A stretch of 64,000 bases of DNA from an uncultured Geobacter sp. (lineage in GTDB: Bacteria > Desulfobacterota > Desulfuromonadia > Geobacterales > Pseudopelobacteraceae): assembly GCA_964619855.1 (NCBI GenBank), contig CAZUGI010000002.1, positions 1,159 through 65,158 of the forward strand, read 5' to 3'. Both the position numbers and the translations under genes were made by a program. The notes under the pieces are model-generated. The model was given only the letters and a program-made list of their open reading frames with translations. It searched no databases and was not told the DNA's origin. Numbering within the stretch: position 1 is the stretch's first letter; each line of letters starts with the position of its first letter. Below, piece after piece: positions 38,303 to 47,848 of the stretch.

Positions 38303-39265
38303 TCATTTTATGAAGATTCCCCCCAGCCAGCGCAGCGGCCTGGTAATGCGCCAGCTCAAAGTTCTGCGCATGGATTCTTGCCCCTCCTCGAGCTGGCGCA
38401 ACAGGCAGGAAATGACCTTGTCAGAATCATCCCCATACCTGAAAGGCTTAAGTTCATATCCGACACAGACGTCCTCCATGAAATCCGCCACCCCGTCCGC
38501 CGGAATCGGCACTGCGTCAGGTGGGGGGATACAACTGGCACCAGCGGAACGATGGTACAGATTGATCTCCTCATCAAGGATCGTCTCCGCTTCTGCCTGA
38601 TACTTCTCCGAGCAGAGCGCGGACTTCTGGTTTCCATGACTTCGAAACCCGCCCAAGATGGCATCGACCGAGTACAGTTCGGCAAACCGGAAAAACCGGA
38701 GCCACAACTCCAGATCACCGGCATATTCAAGATCCCTGCTCAGGTATCCGCCGGCCTTTTCCCACAACGAACGCCGCCAGAAAGTACTCTCCTGCTGAAT
38801 ATGCGGTTTGCAGTAATCTTTGCGCAAAAACCTTTCGCGGCCATACGTTGGAAGTGAGCTGTTCACGAATGAAACATCACCGGTTTTATCCCAACAGGTT
38901 TGGCGGCCGACAATCCATTCCATATGCTGGAAGGCCGTGAACGTATAAGCAGCCTTGTAAAAGGCGTTATGGTGATATTTGTCGTCAGAATTGAGCCATG
39001 CCATGATCTCGCCGGTCGATCGGCTGAAGCCGTCTTCGATGGCGGCATACTGCCCGCCATCCGGTTGACTCTGCCAATACTTCAGGTGTTTACTGTACCT
39101 GGAGATGATCTCGACGGAATTATCGCTGCTGCCGCCATCCATGATAATGTATTCAAGATCGGGATAATTCTGGCCGAGAACCGATTCAATACACTCTTCA
39201 AGAAATTCGCCTTGATTGAATGACGGTGTCACTATTGAAATTTTAGGGGGCTTATGTGCCATCAA
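38303..39265 (-). CDS. glycosyltransferase family 2
   Basis: ISIVTPSFNQGEFLEE, IIMDGGSSDNS, WLNSDD. Confidence 0.85.
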   Translation of the reverse strand: MMAHKPPKISIVTPSFNQGEFLEECIESVLGQNYPDLEYIIMDGGSSDNSVEIISRYSKHLKYWQSQPDGGQYAAIEDGFSRSTGEIMAWLNSDDKYHHNAFYKAAYTFTAFQHMEWIVGRQTCWDKTGDVSFVNSSLPTYGRERFLRKDYCKPHIQQESTFWRRSLWEKAGGYLSRDLEYAGDLELWLRFFRFAELYSVDAILGGFRSHGNQKSALCSEKYQAEAETILDEEINLYHRSAGASCIPPPDAVPIPADGVADFMEDVCVGYELKPFRYGDDSDKVISCLLRQLEEGQESMRRTLSWRITRPLRWLGGIFIK

Positions 39266-39292
39266 TGCCTCATCACCAAACCGGTTCGGCGC

Positions 39293-40033
39293 TCATTTAT
39301 ACGAAATGTAGTCAAACCCTTTCCAACTATCCCTTATGAAAATCATATCCATTTGCCACAGCGAATTATCGTACGTTCGATGCATAACATCAACAAGGTC
39401 AACGGGCCGAAATCCCTTTCCGGCGAGAAATGTACACATTTCCCAGAACAGTAATGCCTCTTCGGTAATTCTGTAATTGTATACCTCGATAATAAGCACA
39501 TCACATTTTTCAAGAGTGCGGTTTGAGCCGGCAAAAATACTTTTCTCAAAGCCATGGGTGTCCAGTTTTAGCAGATATGGCGCTTCCGCACCGGTTTCGA
39601 GCAGAGCGCTGTCAATCGTGGTAAGCTCCACCCTGATGGTATTTCCCCCTTCCCTGTCGGCTAATGCCCCTCCAAAGGGGTCTGAGGCATCAAACAGGGT
39701 GAACCCATCCGATGCACCGACAGCTTTCCTTACCAGTAATACATCCTGTTTGCATGTGGATGCAAACGCATCCAAAGCACTGCTATGGGCAGGTTGAGGT
39801 TCGAAAAGGACATATTTTGCGGCTGGGAAAAAATCCATGCAGACCGCCGACCAACAGCCGTTGGACGCGCCGACATCAAGTACGGTATTGATATGAATGC
39901 CCGCTTCTGCAAGCCACTTCAACCCACCGCGCATCGTGTTGCACTGAGACTGCGCAGCACAATTATTGCAGCTTTCAACTCTGTTCAGCTCCCAACCGCT
40001 CCGCCTTATCATGTTCATCAGGAAATGTTTCAT
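39293..40033 (-). CDS. FkbM-family methyltransferase
   Basis: The ORF extends to 40123, but the ATG at 40033 forms an ATGA overlap with the upstream GT9 stop. VLDVGASNG...VLFEP and LKLDTHGFE. Confidence 0.75.
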   Translation of the reverse strand: MKHFLMNMIRRSGWELNRVESCNNCAAQSQCNTMRGGLKWLAEAGIHINTVLDVGASNGCWSAVCMDFFPAAKYVLFEPQPAHSSALDAFASTCKQDVLLVRKAVGASDGFTLFDASDPFGGALADREGGNTIRVELTTIDSALLETGAEAPYLLKLDTHGFEKSIFAGSNRTLEKCDVLIIEVYNYRITEEALLFWEMCTFLAGKGFRPVDLVDVMHRTYDNSLWQMDMIFIRDSWKGFDYISYK

Positions 40034-41178
40034 GACCGTATCCCGGGCGCATGAGTGCCATCCGGTTGTAGCAGTCTTCTTGCAACGGCTGCGACCTCCT
40101 CCGGGGTCACGCCCGCAATGCACTCAATACCATCCTTGCCACAGTGCCAATTGCAATGAAAACAGTCCATTTGATGTGTCAGAATCACGTTTATTTCCGG
40201 GTCGCCCCAGGGAACAAAGCGTCCAAAGTGACCACCTCCGGCAATTCCTATTGTTGGAATATGTGCTGCAATTGCCATGTGTAACCCCGAAGTATCCGTA
40301 CCTATGAAAAGATCGCAGCACATGATCGCCCTGACCAACTCCCTCAAGGTCGTCAGTCCCGTGAGGTTCACTATTTCGGCATCAGGACAGCGCTCCCTAA
40401 TTGAGTGCGCCACACGATCCGTCAGATTCACATCCGAAAGACTGCCGAAAATGACGTAGATCGCCCCCCATTCCAGTAAACCGGCCAATTCACCGTAGTT
40501 GTCCGGTTTCCAACATTTTCCCCCATAGGATGAGCTAGTGAACAATCCGATTATCTTTCTGCCGGTTTGCATTGCCCCGTCAAGGTATTTTTTTTCATCA
40601 TCGGATAACCACAGTTGCGGCCTGATGTCGTCGACCATGGTTACATGGCATCCCAGGAAGCGAAGAAAATCGGAAGAGGTTTGAAGTTCATGCATCCAGG
40701 GATCCGAACCGGAAATATCGAGAGTATCCGTAAACAGCATCTGTGGGTGCAACTCGGGGGGGTAGCTGCTCCCCGGTACATTGAGGCTGCAACCGGCAAT
40801 CCCGAAAGTCTGCCTGGAACCGAGGCAGAATATGGTTTCCAGATGGCGGACCTGCAGAGACTTGACCGGGTAGATAATAGTGGAAAACGGGCTCCGGATG
40901 GCGTTTGCCAGCCTGTTCAATCTGTGGATGAAATGCTCCATCCTGAACATGAGGGGAAACTTTAGATGCCTTATCCTTCCCCACCACGTTAACTGGTCGG
41001 CGGCAACGCAGGCATCTATGTAGGGGCACAATTCCACGAGATTAACAATATGCGCCTGTACCGCGAGGGTAATATGCGCATCGGGATACAGATTCCTGAT
41101 ATGCCGGAAGGCGCCGCTGAAGAGTACCACGTCACCGATATTATCAGGCCTCAGGATGAGAATGCGTCTGCGGCTCAT
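40030..41178 (-). CDS. glycosyltransferase family 9 (heptosyltransferase-like)
   Basis: RILILRPDNIGDVVLFSG, a C-terminal GTDTSGLHMA, and PTIGIAGGGHFGRF. Contains a G7 tract (coding C7) at 40756..40762. Confidence 0.75.
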   Translation of the reverse strand: MSRRRILILRPDNIGDVVLFSGAFRHIRNLYPDAHITLAVQAHIVNLVELCPYIDACVAADQLTWWGRIRHLKFPLMFRMEHFIHRLNRLANAIRSPFSTIIYPVKSLQVRHLETIFCLGSRQTFGIAGCSLNVPGSSYPPELHPQMLFTDTLDISGSDPWMHELQTSSDFLRFLGCHVTMVDDIRPQLWLSDDEKKYLDGAMQTGRKIIGLFTSSSYGGKCWKPDNYGELAGLLEWGAIYVIFGSLSDVNLTDRVAHSIRERCPDAEIVNLTGLTTLRELVRAIMCCDLFIGTDTSGLHMAIAAHIPTIGIAGGGHFGRFVPWGDPEINVILTHQMDCFHCNWHCGKDGIECIAGVTPEEVAAVARRLLQPDGTHAPGIRS

Positions 41179-42311
41179 GGGTTGGAAAGGGTATCCCTGA
41201 TCGCGGAGAGATACATGCTGCGCGTGCTTTCCTGAAGGGTCAGGAGCCGTTCCTTTTCCGTCTTCAGCGATTTTAAGGCCCTTTCCGACTCATATTCAAG
41301 GATAGCGGCATCGACATCCTTCACGTAATGCACCGGCAATCCCAGCTCTGCAACCATCAGCAGGCGTGTGTCGGTACAAACGGCAATAGAGGGAATTCCC
41401 ATTCCCGCCATCCCTACAGAAGCATGCATCCGGTTGCATATCCCGAATTTTGCGAGAGAAATACAGTCGAAATATTCCGCAGGAGATTTCGGGAAAAAGA
41501 CCGCTATACTTGAGTCCAATCCATGCGCAAGGGAATATTCCTTCTCATCGTGGCAGAGAAACGCAAGTTTGTGCCTTTTCCCCAAATCAACGACTATTTT
41601 TCTTATGGCGCTTTCCCAAAGCCCGGCATCTATCCCCTGTTCCCAGTCATAATGCCCCCCGCCAGTCATGTAGTTAATCATAATATACCCGGACTCTTCG
41701 AGTTTGGCTTGTCGGCCACCGGCCGCGAGAAAAGCGCTGCATGGCACCAAAGGGACCTCCATACCGACTGATTTGCAGATATCCCTGGCCAGCCGGTCGC
41801 GCACGGTGGTCAGGCGGCAGTACCCCAGAATGGTTTTGATATATTCCGTGTCTTCCGGTGACCCAGGGTGATCAGGCTGCCTTTCCCAGGAATAGCAGGC
41901 TCCCGCTGCAATGTTGAGTACCGGGATTTTTTCATGCAACCGTCCGATCACTTCGTGCCAGATTGGCCCCGCCCATTCATTCTTGCTGCAATCAGGCCAG
42001 AACACTGGCGCCCCGCATTGAACAACCAGATCGCATTCATCAAATCTGCTTAAACCTATTCTTGGTAAAAGTGTCTCTATCGTTTTTTTCGTACGAAGCC
42101 TGAAATCCGGGAGATGTTCGGCGATTTTCCTCAGTTGAACCGGATGCCAGACAGGGTAAACCGTATATGGATTATGCTTGTTGACGCTGACAAATTCGAG
42201 CCGCTCGTCCCGGTAAACCTCCTTCAGGACCTGGCAGACGCCTGAGCGGATGAAGTCATCGCCGATGTTTGTGCCCAAAGTTGTAATAAGGCCGATTTTA
42301 ACCGCGGACAT
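41175..42311 (-). CDS. polysaccharide pyruvyl transferase-like protein
   Basis: N-terminal KIGLITTLGTNIGDDFI resembles the GN.GD motif of PS_pyruv_trans (CsaB/WcaK-type). The size (378 aa) fits. Assignment is tentative. Confidence 0.45.
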   Translation of the reverse strand: MSAVKIGLITTLGTNIGDDFIRSGVCQVLKEVYRDERLEFVSVNKHNPYTVYPVWHPVQLRKIAEHLPDFRLRTKKTIETLLPRIGLSRFDECDLVVQCGAPVFWPDCSKNEWAGPIWHEVIGRLHEKIPVLNIAAGACYSWERQPDHPGSPEDTEYIKTILGYCRLTTVRDRLARDICKSVGMEVPLVPCSAFLAAGGRQAKLEESGYIMINYMTGGGHYDWEQGIDAGLWESAIRKIVVDLGKRHKLAFLCHDEKEYSLAHGLDSSIAVFFPKSPAEYFDCISLAKFGICNRMHASVGMAGMGIPSIAVCTDTRLLMVAELGLPVHYVKDVDAAILEYESERALKSLKTEKERLLTLQESTRSMYLSAIRDTLSNP

Positions 42312-42314
42312 GGT

Positions 42315-43160
42315 TCAATCCTTGACCAGTGAGTAAATGGCGAGATATGGTTTTTTCAATTTTTTGAAATCGTGGGCTTCTTCCATGAAGACATCAGAGA
42401 TCCTGTTGAAAAGCCTCCCCAGTAAAAAGGAAACTCTTCCGTATCCAATCAAAAATGCCATTCTTTTCCTGATGTCTCTCTCGGAATAGTATCTCTCGCC
42501 GATGTATGTTTTCCCCGCGATCCGTAGCCCGGTCGGCGCCACTATTTGCTTATGCAGCGATTCTTCATCGTAAAACCGCTGGAAAAAAGTTTTGCCGGAT
42601 AACTCACCTTTGACGGCATAGACATCCCCATCTTTATATTCGTTGAATTTCTCCTTATAAAAAGGGACCGAAAAAACGAAGGCCCCGTTCGGTTTCAGCA
42701 GTTGGGGAATATTTTTAGAGGCGGTAACGTCGCCGCCATTTTCAGGATGGATATGCTCAAATACCGAACAGGAAAATATGAAATCAAACGTCCCCAATCC
42801 GGCAAGCGACTCGATCTCCGTAATATCACCATTGACGATATTCAGTTTGCCAAGGCCGAGGGCGGAGGCTTTCTGCCGTAAATCCTCCAGCTCCATTTCA
42901 AACGGGTTAACGTAGGTTATCTCCCAGGCATCTGAATTCAGCCCCAACGAGAGGCTCAGTATCTGGGGGGAACCAATATCCAGAATCTTCAGTCTTTCGG
43001 AAGTACGCTCCAGGATGCCGCTAACATCAAGCAGGGCAGGAATTTCCTTTGTTCTTGTGTAATCAAGGGGAATAAAAACTGTATGGAGCCATTTACGGAA
43101 ATAATTTACAGTGAGCCTGTTTGCAGTGGAAATAAGTATGCGGAAAGATCGTTTTGACAT
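42315..43160 (-). CDS. class I SAM-dependent methyltransferase
   Basis: ILDIGSP (degenerate motif I), FDFIFSCSVFEHI, LKPNGAFVFSVP. Confidence 0.7.
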   Translation of the reverse strand: MSKRSFRILISTANRLTVNYFRKWLHTVFIPLDYTRTKEIPALLDVSGILERTSERLKILDIGSPQILSLSLGLNSDAWEITYVNPFEMELEDLRQKASALGLGKLNIVNGDITEIESLAGLGTFDFIFSCSVFEHIHPENGGDVTASKNIPQLLKPNGAFVFSVPFYKEKFNEYKDGDVYAVKGELSGKTFFQRFYDEESLHKQIVAPTGLRIAGKTYIGERYYSERDIRKRMAFLIGYGRVSFLLGRLFNRISDVFMEEAHDFKKLKKPYLAIYSLVKD

Positions 43161-43173
43161 TATTCTTAAACCG

Positions 43174-44088
43174 CTATGTCAGCAATTGAAGCAACGATTG
43201 TCTGATACTTTTCTTTGCCGGCTTGACAGCCATGAATTCATTCAGATATCTCAGATCGGCCTGACTATCCCTGACGACATACTGCGGATGGGTGAGGGGC
43301 AGATTCAATTCAAAAGCTTCCATTGCCGCATAAGGATTATTAAGCCCTGACACCGTGTGAGTGGCATCGGCATCAAATCCTATGTTGGTTATCAGGTTTG
43401 AAGAAGCAATTAACGATAAACCGTGATTGACCATCTTGGCAAACCCCCATTGATAATCCCAGGTATCGATGTCACCGGCATAAACCTTGTCATAAAGCTC
43501 GAGACGGAACTGCGCCTCTTCACTGTTCTGGCAGAAATCCTCATAGAATCGCTTATCTCGGATTTCCGGCCAAAGCACCATGTCCATGTCGTAGAACTTC
43601 CAGGCTCGCCGCCAGGTCGCCCACCCCCAGACAGGGCCATAGCTGGAGTAGTAATAGCTGTGCCGATTCCGGTTCCACTCCCGCAGAACGTTCAAGCCGC
43701 ATATCTGCATGATCCGTGTATCATGGCGGTAACGCTCCAGTAGTTCCTGGCAATATCCAAAAAAAGAGCTGCTGGGTAGACAGTCGTCTTCGAGGATGAT
43801 GCCCTCTTCAACCTTTGTAAAAAACCAGTCGATGGCCGAACTTACACCTCTCCTGCAACCAAGATTGCGTTCCCTGAACAGCGTCACGACCTCGCAATCC
43901 CAATCCACGGTGTCGATTATCCGGCGGGTCTGTTCACAGCTTTCGGCGTCGCCCGCCCTGTCGTCGCGCGGACCATCAGCAGCGACAAACAGCCGCGACG
44001 GCTTTGCCTGACGAATTGCAGCGAAGACCCTTTGAGTGGTGGCAGGGCGATTATAAATGAGAAACAGTAACGGCGTTTTCAGATGCAT
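43174..44088 (-). CDS. GT-A fold glycosyltransferase ('HlpA-like'), paralogue of 30337..31263
   Basis: FLIYNRP, VAADGPR, ILEDDCLP, WGWATWRRAW and DTWDYQW are shared almost verbatim with the ORF at 30337..31263. Confidence 0.55.
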   Translation of the reverse strand: MHLKTPLLFLIYNRPATTQRVFAAIRQAKPSRLFVAADGPRDDRAGDAESCEQTRRIIDTVDWDCEVVTLFRERNLGCRRGVSSAIDWFFTKVEEGIILEDDCLPSSSFFGYCQELLERYRHDTRIMQICGLNVLREWNRNRHSYYYSSYGPVWGWATWRRAWKFYDMDMVLWPEIRDKRFYEDFCQNSEEAQFRLELYDKVYAGDIDTWDYQWGFAKMVNHGLSLIASSNLITNIGFDADATHTVSGLNNPYAAMEAFELNLPLTHPQYVVRDSQADLRYLNEFMAVKPAKKSIRQSLLQLLT

Positions 44089-44127
44089 ATTAATTCCCGA
44101 TGCATTAAGGACTGCAATCTGTCCACA

Positions 44128-45057
44128 TCATAAACGAAGCATAATTCTGTTTTTTAATAAAAAAAGTAACGAGTATGTGAAATGCCAAGACTTTCCGACA
44201 AAAGATAATGAATTGTTTTTTATATCATTAATTATATAGTCAACCAGCGTAGCTGCATACTTTGTGATCTTGTTGTTTTTCTTATAATACTCCAGAAGGT
44301 TATAATAGTATCCTCTAATAACAGGCATCAGAATGTGTCCGTATGTTTCTGAATAAACACTTAATAACGCCAGACGCGTCTTGAGATTATTGGTTAATAT
44401 GTATTCCTGAGGTTTGCTCGACCATGTTCCGCCGCTATGCACTCTGTAGGAGGCCATTATTTTATCGATATAGGCGGCATCACCATGCCCGGCAAGCATC
44501 GCGTAAAACATGATATCACCATTGGCTATCGTATAATATACGTCAGGAACATCTTTAATGGCTATGCTCCTGAATACGATCGTATTGGACGGCGGAACAA
44601 GCCCGGATACTATGTCTGTCTGCGACAGGATCTTTTTTCTGTCAACGCCAAGCCGCTCTTCGCTGACAATGCTGTCATTCTCATTAACAATATTGCTGTT
44701 GGTAAAGCACATCGCAAAGGAAGGATTGTTATCCAGAAAAGCTACCTGTTCCCGTAATTTATCGGATGAAATCCAGAAATCATCGCCATCTAGATTGGCT
44801 ATGTACTTTCCGGAGCATGCCCCGCAAGTATTTATATAGTTGCGGGCACCCAGATTTGTCTCGTTCAGCAGTAATTTAATCCTGTCCGGATACCGGTTTC
44901 GATACTCCAGGACAATTTCACGGGTCCGGTCGGTTGAACAATCCTCGCCTATGACTATTTCATAATCAAAGTCCGTTTCCTGCATTAACGCGCTGTCAAG
45001 CGCCCTGGCAATGAATTTTTCGTGGTTGTACGTAACTATTAAAACGCTTGCTTTCAT
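44128..45057 (-). CDS. glycosyltransferase family 2
   Basis: ASVLIVTYNHEKFI, IGEDCSTD, NLDGDD. Noticeably AT-rich compared with its neighbours. Confidence 0.85.
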   Translation of the reverse strand: MKASVLIVTYNHEKFIARALDSALMQETDFDYEIVIGEDCSTDRTREIVLEYRNRYPDRIKLLLNETNLGARNYINTCGACSGKYIANLDGDDFWISSDKLREQVAFLDNNPSFAMCFTNSNIVNENDSIVSEERLGVDRKKILSQTDIVSGLVPPSNTIVFRSIAIKDVPDVYYTIANGDIMFYAMLAGHGDAAYIDKIMASYRVHSGGTWSSKPQEYILTNNLKTRLALLSVYSETYGHILMPVIRGYYYNLLEYYKKNNKITKYAATLVDYIINDIKNNSLSFVGKSWHFTYSLLFLLKNRIMLRL

Positions 45058-45821
45058 TTCCTGCCTTTTTCACACAACAAAAAGATGCTTGAGCAGAGAT
45101 CGGGGTATTGCTGACCGAGCTTATAACAGCCTTCCAGATATTCCGGCGAAATAATGTCCGTATCAAGGAGCCGGTCCCATTGGAAATTTGCCAGTGCCTT
45201 GAAGAATATCCCGGACCGGTAGACCACCTTCAATCCGGCGGCTACAGCATCCCGCTCCAAGGTATCCAGCGTATAGGTGTTTCTGTGCCCATGTTCTGCC
45301 TCTGCCGACGTCACCGCCGTGTTGTGTGAGATAAGGCCCATTTTGACGGCTATCTGGCGAGATGGTGCGTTGGCGTTGGGGCAAACCAGAAAGAATCTTC
45401 CCCTTTCGGACAACCATTCATCATTGATGCGCCGCAGCAGCTGCACCGGATTATCAAGATGTTCCAGCACATGTGTGAGCACGATGTTGTCATATGTGCC
45501 GCCCAAAGGCGCCGTCTCGAACGTCGAGTTGATAAATTTGGCCTTTTCGCCCAGCTTCTTCCGCGCCTCTTCAACGGCGATTTCCGATGCTTCTACGCAG
45601 GTTATCTCGTCAAAATATGGCAGGAATCTTTTTGTGAAGTCGCCCTTGTAGCTGCCAAGCTCAAGAAGATTTCCCTCAAGAAAAAACGGCTCGAATGATC
45701 TGAGCATACATGGATGAAGAACATCGAAGTCGAAACTGTAGGCATATTTTTCATTTGCGGAGTTGTTCGAATCATTCAGCTCTTTGTCGTAGTTCCTTAC
45801 CGTAGCCATTTGCATCCCCAA
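45054..45821 (-). CDS. class I SAM-dependent methyltransferase
   Basis: LLELGSYKGDFT, YDNIVLTHVLEHL and GRFFLVCPNA. Same architecture as the ORF at 49141..49908. Confidence 0.8.
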   Translation of the reverse strand: MGMQMATVRNYDKELNDSNNSANEKYAYSFDFDVLHPCMLRSFEPFFLEGNLLELGSYKGDFTKRFLPYFDEITCVEASEIAVEEARKKLGEKAKFINSTFETAPLGGTYDNIVLTHVLEHLDNPVQLLRRINDEWLSERGRFFLVCPNANAPSRQIAVKMGLISHNTAVTSAEAEHGHRNTYTLDTLERDAVAAGLKVVYRSGIFFKALANFQWDRLLDTDIISPEYLEGCYKLGQQYPDLCSSIFLLCEKGRK

Positions 45822-45869
45822 TCCGTTGTTAATGTACCCATGCCGGTATCAGCCACACGGCCGTCCCAG

Positions 45870-46823
45870 CTAATCTGACAACACAGCGAGTCCGAATCCA
45901 AAGCGCCCGAATTCGTTGCCGTTGTAAAGCATATACACTTCCCCTCCCAACTCGAAACAATGGGGGTAACACTGCATCTGGGAATCCCAACCTTCAGCAG
46001 AAACATCTATTCCGGCCTTGCCGTCATCCCGGTCCCAATTGTTCAGGTCATAAGAGCTGGCGTAGCCGATTCTGTAAGCATTGTTGCTGTGGGCCCTGAA
46101 ACCATGGGCCTGTCTGTAGCAAAAGTACATGTGATACATGCCATCCCGGTGGAAAACCGTCGGCAACGCCTGGCATTCATTGGAATTTAGCCTGTCGGCG
46201 ATTATATGCCGGCTTTCCCTGTGCCAATTTATTCCGTCCTCGGATGTCGCATGGGCGATCTTGTATATGCGGTCAGGTGGACTTGATTCGTCATATCTGA
46301 GCCACTTCGTACCAAATATGTACCACATGTGATAGAGACCCTCATAAAGGGCCACAAATGCATCGCCGACCAGAAAAGGCTCATAAAGTGAGGCCGACAA
46401 AACCGGACCAGTTCCGTATTTCTGAAAGGTCAGACCTTCATCGTAGCTGATTGCCAGCCCGATGGAGGCATCAGCTGAAACCGATACTTTCCGGTTCCAG
46501 CCCGTAGTGTACGCCAGGACCCTCTCCCCATCCCTTACCACATTAACAGGAAATATCCCATGTTCGTCAAAACAACCCAATCCGCCCAATTCAATGACGG
46601 TGTGATTCGAAAGGCCCATGATATTTTTCATGCCTTTGTCGAAATCTACAAAGGCAACATGACTTATATATTTCCCGGAACTATCCTTCTCCCTTGTCGA
46701 AAAATACACTCGTAACCAGTTACCCATGACCAATGTTTGCGGTGCCTGCGCAAATTCGAAGCAGTTGTTCGAAAGAGAATGCTCCGTAGGATCAAATATC
46801 TTCCCCAGTTTCCGCCACTTCAC
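45870..46823 (-). CDS. Asp-box beta-propeller protein (glycosidase/glycoside-phosphorylase-like superfamily), copy A
   Basis: Repeated S-x-D-x-G-x-x-W/F motifs (SYDEGLTF, SEDGINW) and YRIGYASS blades; 317 aa, no signal peptide. Clear paralogue of the next ORF. Confidence 0.5.
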   Translation of the reverse strand: MKWRKLGKIFDPTEHSLSNNCFEFAQAPQTLVMGNWLRVYFSTREKDSSGKYISHVAFVDFDKGMKNIMGLSNHTVIELGGLGCFDEHGIFPVNVVRDGERVLAYTTGWNRKVSVSADASIGLAISYDEGLTFQKYGTGPVLSASLYEPFLVGDAFVALYEGLYHMWYIFGTKWLRYDESSPPDRIYKIAHATSEDGINWHRESRHIIADRLNSNECQALPTVFHRDGMYHMYFCYRQAHGFRAHSNNAYRIGYASSYDLNNWDRDDGKAGIDVSAEGWDSQMQCYPHCFELGGEVYMLYNGNEFGRFGFGLAVLSD

Positions 46824-47788
46824 CTGTTGCTCCCATTTCGATCCAGTTTCGCCAACCCGATCCCGGAACGGCCCATTTCGTTGCCCTGGTACATCATGTA
46901 CGTTTCACCGTCTACTTCGAACATATGCGGATAACAAACCATTTCCGAATCCCACCCGCTCTCTGAAATGCCGATCCCGGCAACCCCGTCGTCCCTGATC
47001 CAGGTCACCATATCAGCGGAGGATGCATATCCGATTCGGTACCCCCCCTCTCTGCTCTTGTAGTTATGGATGTCCCTGTAAGAAAAAAACATATGATAGA
47101 TTCCGTCACGGAAGGTTACATCGGGACACGCTTGACATTCATGTTCCCCTAATCTGTCTTCAATCAGGTCTCTCCCGAATTTGACCCACGAGATACCGTC
47201 ATCGGAAGATGCCGTTCGAATCTTGTAAACCGGTTCCGGCCTGCCTTCCGTCCTCAACCATTTTTTCCCTGCCACGTAAAATAAATGCCATTTCCCAGCA
47301 TACTTCCTGATTCGCGGGCTCCCCAGCAGAAACGGCTCGTCAGGACTGTATGAAAGAACTGGCCCGTCTCCCAGTCGGGTGAATGAATCGCCGTTATCGT
47401 GGCTTATTGCTATCCCGATGGCTCCATTGAAAGGGACGGATTCACATCTGGTCCAGCCGGCGTAGTAGACTCGAATTTCATCCTGATCCCGAATCACTGA
47501 TATCGGATTCGTGCCAAATTCATCGAATGTTCCACATGCCCCCAGCCCCAATGCCGGTTCACGGCAGATGTTCACTATCCTGAGCAGATTATTTCTGTCC
47601 AGGTCGATGTATGACAGAAAACTCATATATTGACCATCCGGAGCAGCCGCCGGCCGGGAACAAAAGTAGACTCTGGCATGTTTTTCAGATAGCAGCACCG
47701 ATGGAGACTGGGCGAACTCCTTCATCCAACTGGCAGATTTCAAATCCCTCGGATCAAATATTTTCCCAAGTTTTTCCCACTTGAACAT
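46820..47788 (-). CDS. Asp-box beta-propeller protein, copy B
   Basis: SHDNGDSF, SSDDGISW, YRIGYASS; 322 aa, no signal peptide. 4-nt overlap with copy A. Confidence 0.5.
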   Translation of the reverse strand: MFKWEKLGKIFDPRDLKSASWMKEFAQSPSVLLSEKHARVYFCSRPAAAPDGQYMSFLSYIDLDRNNLLRIVNICREPALGLGACGTFDEFGTNPISVIRDQDEIRVYYAGWTRCESVPFNGAIGIAISHDNGDSFTRLGDGPVLSYSPDEPFLLGSPRIRKYAGKWHLFYVAGKKWLRTEGRPEPVYKIRTASSDDGISWVKFGRDLIEDRLGEHECQACPDVTFRDGIYHMFFSYRDIHNYKSREGGYRIGYASSADMVTWIRDDGVAGIGISESGWDSEMVCYPHMFEVDGETYMMYQGNEMGRSGIGLAKLDRNGSNR

Positions 47789-47848
47789 TAGCCAACCCTT
47801 TGCCGGATCAACCGAGCCGTTACGGATTCCGACATGTCTATCGCTCCT

